Assembly (NCBI GenBank): GCA_964247055.1
Contig: OZ176056.1
Coordinates: 124,001-188,000 of the forward strand
Direction: 5' to 3'
Origin: Paragordius varius
Taxonomy: Eukaryota > Animalia > Nematomorpha
DNA: 64,000 nucleotides
The notes under the pieces are model-generated. The model made no database searches. It saw nothing but the letters and a program-made list of their open reading frames with translations, and was not told the DNA's origin. How positions within the stretch are numbered: position 1 is the stretch's first letter; every line of letters starts with the position of its first letter. Shown one piece after another: positions 57,601 through 64,000 of the stretch. Position numbers and translations under genes: made by a program.

Positions 57601-59379
57601 CCAAATATTTTGGGGATCGGACTATAAATGTAATTTGTATGAATTTTTTAAATATTTAAAAAATTTATTTTATACGATATTAAAAATAAAAATGGCTACC
57701 TAAAATCCAAATTTGATCAGGTGATGTCACCATAATTTTTTTTGGGTAGCCCTATGGTAGTTCCATCATCACCCCAAATATTGTCGAGATCGGAGTATAA
57801 ATGTAATTTTTTTGAATTTTTTAAATATTTAAAAAATTTATTTAATACGATTTTAAAAATAAAAATGGCTACCTAAAATCCAAATTTGATCAGGTGATGT
57901 CACCATAATTTTTTTTGGGTAGCCCTATGGTAGTTCCATTATCACCCCAAATATTTTCGAGATCGGAGTATAAATGTAATTTTTATGAATTTTTTAAATA
58001 TTTAAAAAATTTATTTTATACGATTTTAAAAATAAAAATGGCTACCTAAAATCCAAATTTGATCAGGTGATGTCGCCATAATTTTTTTTGGGTAGCCCTA
58101 TGGTAGTTCCATCATCACCCCAAATATTTTGGGGATCGGACTATAAATGTAATTTTTATGAATTTTTTAAATATTTAAAAAATTTATTTTATACGATTTT
58201 AAAAATAAAAATGGCTACCTAAAATCCAAATTTGATCAGGTGATGTCGCCATAATTTTTTTTGGGTAGCCCTATGGTAGTTCCATCATCACCCCAAATAT
58301 TTTGGGGATCGGACTATAAATGTAATTTTTATGAATTTTTTAAATATTTAAAAAATTTATTTTATACGATTTTAAAAATAAAAATGGCTACCTAAAATCC
58401 AAATTTGATCAGGTGATGTCGCCATAATTTTTTTTGGGTAGCCCTATGGTAGTTCCATCATCACCCCAAATATTTTCGAGATCGGAGTATGAATGTAATT
58501 TTTATGAATTTTTTAAATATTTAAAAAATTTATTTTATACGATTTTAAAAATAAAAATGGCTATGTAAAATCCAAATTTGATCAGGTGATGTCACCATAA
58601 TTTTTTTTGGGTAGCCCTATGGTAGTTCCATTATTACCCCAAATATTTTCGAGATCGGAGTATAAATGTAATTTTTATGAATTTTTTAAATATTTAAAAA
58701 ATTTATTTTATACGATTTTAAAAATAAAAATGGCTACCTAAAATCCAAATTTGATCAGGTGATGTCGCCATAATTTTTTTTGGGTAGCCCTATGGTAGTT
58801 CCATCATCACCCCAAATATTTTGGGGATCGGACTATAAATGTAATTTTTATGAATTTTTTAAATATTTAAAAAATTTATTTTATACGATTTTAAAAATAA
58901 AAATGGCTACCTAAAATCCAAATTTGATCAGGTGATGTCACCATAATTTTTTTTGGGTAGCCCTATGGTAGTTCCATCATCACCCCAAATATTTTCGAGA
59001 TCGGAGTATGAATGTAATTTTTATGAATTTTTTAAATATTTAAAAAATTTATTTTATACGATTTTAAAAATAAAAATGGCTACCTAAAATCCAAATTTGA
59101 TCAGGTGATGTCACCATAATTTTTTTTGGGTAGCCCTATGGTAGTTCCATCATCACCCCAAATATTTTCGAGATCGGAGTATAAATGTAATTTTTATGAA
59201 TTTTTTAAATATTTAAAAAATTTATTTTATACGATTTTAAAAATAAAAATGGCTACCTAAAATCCAAATTTGATCAGGTGATGTCACTATAATTTTTTTT
59301 GGGTAGCCCTATGGTAGTTCCATCATCACCCCAAATATTTTGGGGATCGGACTATAAATGTAATTTTTATGAATTTTTT

Positions 59380-62210
59380 AAATATTTAAAAAATTTATTT
59401 TATACGATTTTAAAAATAAAAATGGCTACCTAAAATCCAAATTTGATCAGGTGATGTCGCCATAATTTTTTTTGGGTAGCCCTATGGTAGTTCCATCATC
59501 ACCCCAAATATTTTGGGGATCGGAGTATGAATGTAATTTTTATGAATTTTTTAAATATTTAAAAAATTTATTTTATACGATTTTAAAAATAAAAATGGCT
59601 ACCTAAAATCCAAATTTGATCAGGTGATGTCACCATAATTTTTTTTGGGTAGCCCTATGGTAGTTCCATTATCACCCCAAATATTTTCGAGATCGGAGTA
59701 TAAATGTAATTTTTATGAATTTTTTAAATATTTAAAAAATTTATTTTATACGATTTTAAAAATAAAAATGGCTACCTAAAATACAAATTTGATCAGGTGA
59801 TGTCACCATAATTTTTTTTGGGTAGCCCTATGGTTCCATCATCACCCCAAATATTTTGGGTATCGGACTATAAATGTAATTTTTATGAATTTTTTAAATA
59901 TTTAAAAAATTTATTTTATACGATTTTAAAAATAAAAATGGCTACCTAAAATCCAAATTTGATCAGGTGATGTCACCATAATTTTTTTTGGGTAGCCCTA
60001 TGGTAGTTCCATCATCACCCCAAATATTTTGGGGATCGGAGTATAAATGTAATTTTTATGAATTTTTTAAATATTTAAAAAATTTATTTTATACGATTTT
60101 AAAAATAAAAATGGCTACCTAAAATCCAAATTTGATCAGGTGATGTCGCCATAATTTTTGGGTAGCCCTATGGTAGTTCCATCATCACCCCAAATATTTT
60201 CGAGATTGGAGTATAAATGTAATTTTTATGAATTTTTTAAATATTTAAAAAATTTATTTTATACGATTTTAAAAATAAAAATGGCTACCTAAAATCCAAA
60301 TTTGATCAGGTGATGTCACCATAATTTTTTTTGGGTAGCCCTATGGTAGTTCCATTATCACCCCAAATATTTTCGAGATCGGAGTATAAATGTAATTTTT
60401 TTGAATTTTTTAAATATTTAAAAAATTTATTTAATACGATTTTAAAAATAAAAATGGCTACCTAAAATCCAAATTTGATCAGGTGATGTCACCATAATTT
60501 TTTTTGGGTAGCCCTATGGTAGTTCCATCATCACCCCAAATATTTTGGGGATCGGACTTTAAATGTAATTTTTATGAATTTTTTAAATATTTAAAAAATT
60601 TATTTTATACGATTTTAAAAATAAAAATGGCTACCTAAAATCCAAATTTGATCAGGTGATGTCGCCATAATTTTTTTTGGGTAGCCCTATGGTAGTTCCA
60701 TCATCACCCCAAATATTTTGGGGATCGGACTATAAATGTAATTTTTATGAATTTTTTAAATATTTAAAAAATTTATTTTATACGATTTTAAAAATAAAAA
60801 TGGCTACCTAAAATCCAAATTTGATCAGGTGATGTCACCATAATTTTTTTTGGGTAGCCCTATGGTAGTTCCATCATCACCCCAAATATTGTCGAGATCG
60901 GAGTATAAATGTAATTTTTTTGAATTTTTTAAATATTTAAAAAATTTATTTAATACGATTTTAAAAATAAAAATGGCTACCTAAAATCCAAATTTGATCA
61001 GGTGATGTCACCATAATTTTTTTTGGGTAGCCCTATGGTAGTTCCATTATCACCCCAAATATTTTCGAGATCGGAGTATAAATGTAATTTTTATGAATTT
61101 TTTAAATATTTAAAAAATTTATTTTATACGATTTTAAAAATAAAAATGGCTACCTAAAATCCAAATTTGATCAGGTGATGTCGCCATAATTTTTTTTGGG
61201 TAGCCCTATGGTAGTTCCATCATCACCCCAAATATTTTGGGGATCGGACTATAAATGTAATTTTTATGAATTTTTTAAATATTTAAAAAATTTATTTTAT
61301 ACGATTTTAAAAATAAAAATGGCTACCTAAAATCCAAATTTGATCAGGTGATGTCACCATAATTTTTTTTGGGTAGCGCTATGGTAGTTCCATCATCACC
61401 CCAAATATTTTGGGGATCGGACTATAAATGTAATTTTTATGAATTTTTTAAATATTTAAAAAATTTATTTTATACGATTTTAAAAATAAAAATGGCTACC
61501 TAAAATCCAAATTTGATCAGGTGATGTCGCCATAATTTTTTTTGGGTAGCCCTATGGTAGTTCCATCATCACCCCAAATATTTTGGGGATCGGAGTATGA
61601 ATGTAATTTTTATGAATTTTTTAAATATTTAAAAAATTTATTTTATACGATTTTAAAAATAAAAATGGCTACCTAAAATCCAAATTTGATCAGGTGATGT
61701 CACCATAATTTTTTTTGGGTAGCCCTATGGTAGTTCCATTATCACCCCAAATATTTTCGAGATCGGAGTATAAATGTAATTTTTATGAATTTTTTAAATA
61801 TTTAAAAAATTTATTTTATACGATTTTAAAAATAAAAATGGCTACCTAAAATACAAATTTGATCAGGTGATGTCACCATAATTTTTTTTGGGTAGCCCTA
61901 TGGTTCCATCATCACCCCAAATATTTTGGGGATCGGACTATAAATGTAATTTTTATGAATTTTTTAAATATTTAAAAAATTTATTTTATACGATTTTAAA
62001 AATAAAAATGGCTACCTAAAATCCAAATTTGATCAGGTGATGTCACCATAATTTTTTTTGGGTAGCCCTATGGTAGTTCCATCATCACCCCAAATATTTT
62101 GGGGATCGGAGTATAAATGTAATTTTTATGAATTTTTTAAATATTTAAAAAATTTATTTTATACGATTTTAAAAATAAAAATGGCTACCTAAAATCCAAA
62201 TTTGATCAGG
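59380..62210. repeat. Repeated ~4-monomer block at 2070-bp spacing (~59380-60140 and ~61450-62210)
   Basis: Offset +2070 at 59521/61591, AATACAAAT 59783/61853, TGGTTCC (TAG deletion) 59831/61901 and 60031/62101. The flanking monomers do not match at this offset. Confidence 0.85.
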
Positions 62211-64000
62211 TGATGTCACTATAATTTTTTTTGGGTAGCCCTATGGTAGTTCCATCATCACCCCAAATATTTTGGGGATCGGACTATAAATGTAATTTTT
62301 ATGAATTTTTTAAATATTTAAAAAATTTATTTTATACGATTTTAAAAATAAAAATGGCTACCTAAAATCCAAATTTGATCAGGTGATGTCGCCATAATTT
62401 TTTTTGGGTAGCCCTATGGTAGTTCCATCATCACCCCAAATATTTTGGGGATCGGAGTATGAATGTAATTTTTATGAATTTTTTAAATATTTAAAAAATT
62501 TATTTTACACGATTTTAAAAATAAAAATGGCTACCTAAAATCCAAATTTGATCAGGTGATGTCACCATAATTTTTTTTGGGTAGCCCTATGGTAGTTCCA
62601 TTATCACCCCAAATATTTTCGAGATCGGAGTATAAATGTAATTTTTATGAATTTTTTAAATATTTAAAAAATTTATTTTATACGATTTTAAAAATAAAAA
62701 TGGCTACCTAAAATCCAAATTTGATCAGGTGATGTCACCATAATTTTTTTTGGGTAGCCCTATGGTAGTTCCATCATCACCCCAAATATTTTGGGGATCG
62801 GACTATAAATGTAATTTTTATGAATTTTTTAAATATTTAAAAAATTTATTTTATACGATTTTAAAAATAAAAATGGCTACCTAAAATCCAAATTTGATCA
62901 GGTGATGTCACCATAATTTTTTTTGGGTAGCCCTATGGTAGTTCCATCATCACCCCAAATATTTTGGGGATCGGACTATAAATGTAATTTTTATGAATTT
63001 TTTAAATATTTAAAAAATTTATTTTATACGATTTTAAAAATAAAAATGGCTACCTAAAATCCAAATTTGATCAGGTGATGTCACCATAATTTTTTTTGGG
63101 TAGCCCTATGGTAGTTCCATTATCACCCCAAATATTTTCGAGATCGGAGTATAAATGTAATTTTTATGAATTTTTTAAATATTTAAAAAATTTATTTTAT
63201 ACGATTTTAAAAATAAAAATGGCTACCTAAAATCCAAATTTGATCAGGTGATGTCGCCATAATTTTTTTTGGGTAGCCCTATGGTAGTTCCATCATCACC
63301 CCAAATATTGTCGAAATCGGAGTATAAATGTAATTTTTTTGAATTTTTTAAATATTTAAAAAATTTATTTTATACGATTTTAAAAATAAAAATGGCTACC
63401 TAAAATCCAAATTTGATCAGGTGATGTTGCCATAATTTTTTTTGCGTAGCCCTATGGTAGTTCCATCATCACCCCAAATATTTTGGGGATCGGACTATAA
63501 ATGTAATTTTTATGAATTTTTTAAATATTTAAAAAATTTATTTTATACGATTTTAAAAATAAAAATGTCTACCTAAAATTAAATTTGATCAGGTGATGTC
63601 ACCATAATTTTTTTTGGGTAGCCCTATGGTAGTTCCATCATCACCCCAAATATTTTCGAGATCGGAGTATAAATGTAATTTTTATGAATTTTTTAAATAT
63701 TTAAAAAATTTATTTAATACGATTTTAAAAATAAAAATGGCTACCTAAAATCCAAATTTGATCAGGTGATGTCACCATAATTTTTTTTGGGTAGCCCTAT
63801 GGTAGTTCCATTATCACCCCAAATATTTTCGAGATCGGAGTATAAATGTAATTTTTATGAATTTTTTAAATATTTAAAAAATTTATTTTATACGATTTTA
63901 AAAATAAAAATGGCTACCTAAAATCCAAATTTGATCAGGTGATGTCGCCATAATTTTTTTTGGGTAGCCCTATGGTAGTTCCATCATCACCCCAAATATT

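Larger units (their letters stand above)
1..64000. repeat. Satellite DNA array, 173-bp monomer, ~370 head-to-tail copies, family not recognised
   Basis: GGGTAGCCC starts recur at 1, 174, 347, 520, 693 (173-bp period) and continue to 63962. All copies are in the same orientation, with only a few substitutions or small indels per copy. The array runs off both window ends. Confidence 0.99.

Noticed and set aside
1-64000. CRISPR array
   Set aside because: There are no unique spacers: the entire 173-bp unit repeats. No cas genes or leader are present.
1-64000. Primate alpha satellite, Arabidopsis CEN178 or Drosophila 1.688 assignment
   Set aside because: The monomer length is similar only to the first two, and I see no sequence resemblance to those consensuses as recalled. 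A database search is needed for any name.
1-64000. Transposon insertion, inversion or array boundary
   Set aside because: I saw no non-satellite sequence or orientation switch anywhere in the window.

Overview
The whole 64 kb window is one uninterrupted, head-to-tail, single-orientation tandem array of an AT-rich (~26% GC) 173-bp monomer, about 370 copies. This is eukaryotic-type satellite DNA. Consensus (phase = window position 1): GGGTAGCCCTATGGTAGTTCCATCATCACCCCAAATATTTT(CGAG/GGGG)ATCGGA(G/C)TATAAATGTAATTTTTATGAATTTTTTAAATATTTAAAAAATTTATTTTATACGATTTTAAAAATAAAAATGGCTACCTAAAATCCAAATTTGATCAGGTGATGTC(A/G)CCATAATTTTTTTT. I found no supportable genes, RNA genes, transposon insertions, CRISPR array or strand switch, and I do not recognise the family or the organism. 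Two things are informative. (i) The monomer carries several dyad symmetries, including a perfect 24-bp AT palindrome, and a 71-bp ~94% AT core. (ii) Diagnostic SNPs/indels reveal nested tandem duplications and higher-order repeats (periods 692, 1039/1212, 1724, 2065, 2070, 2220, 2585, 2592, 5003 and 8273 bp), arranged in marker-defined domains. A centromeric or pericentromeric role is plausible but is inference only. I see no evidence for a novel gene-encoded system. Periods were measured by hand from marker positions; block boundaries are approximate.
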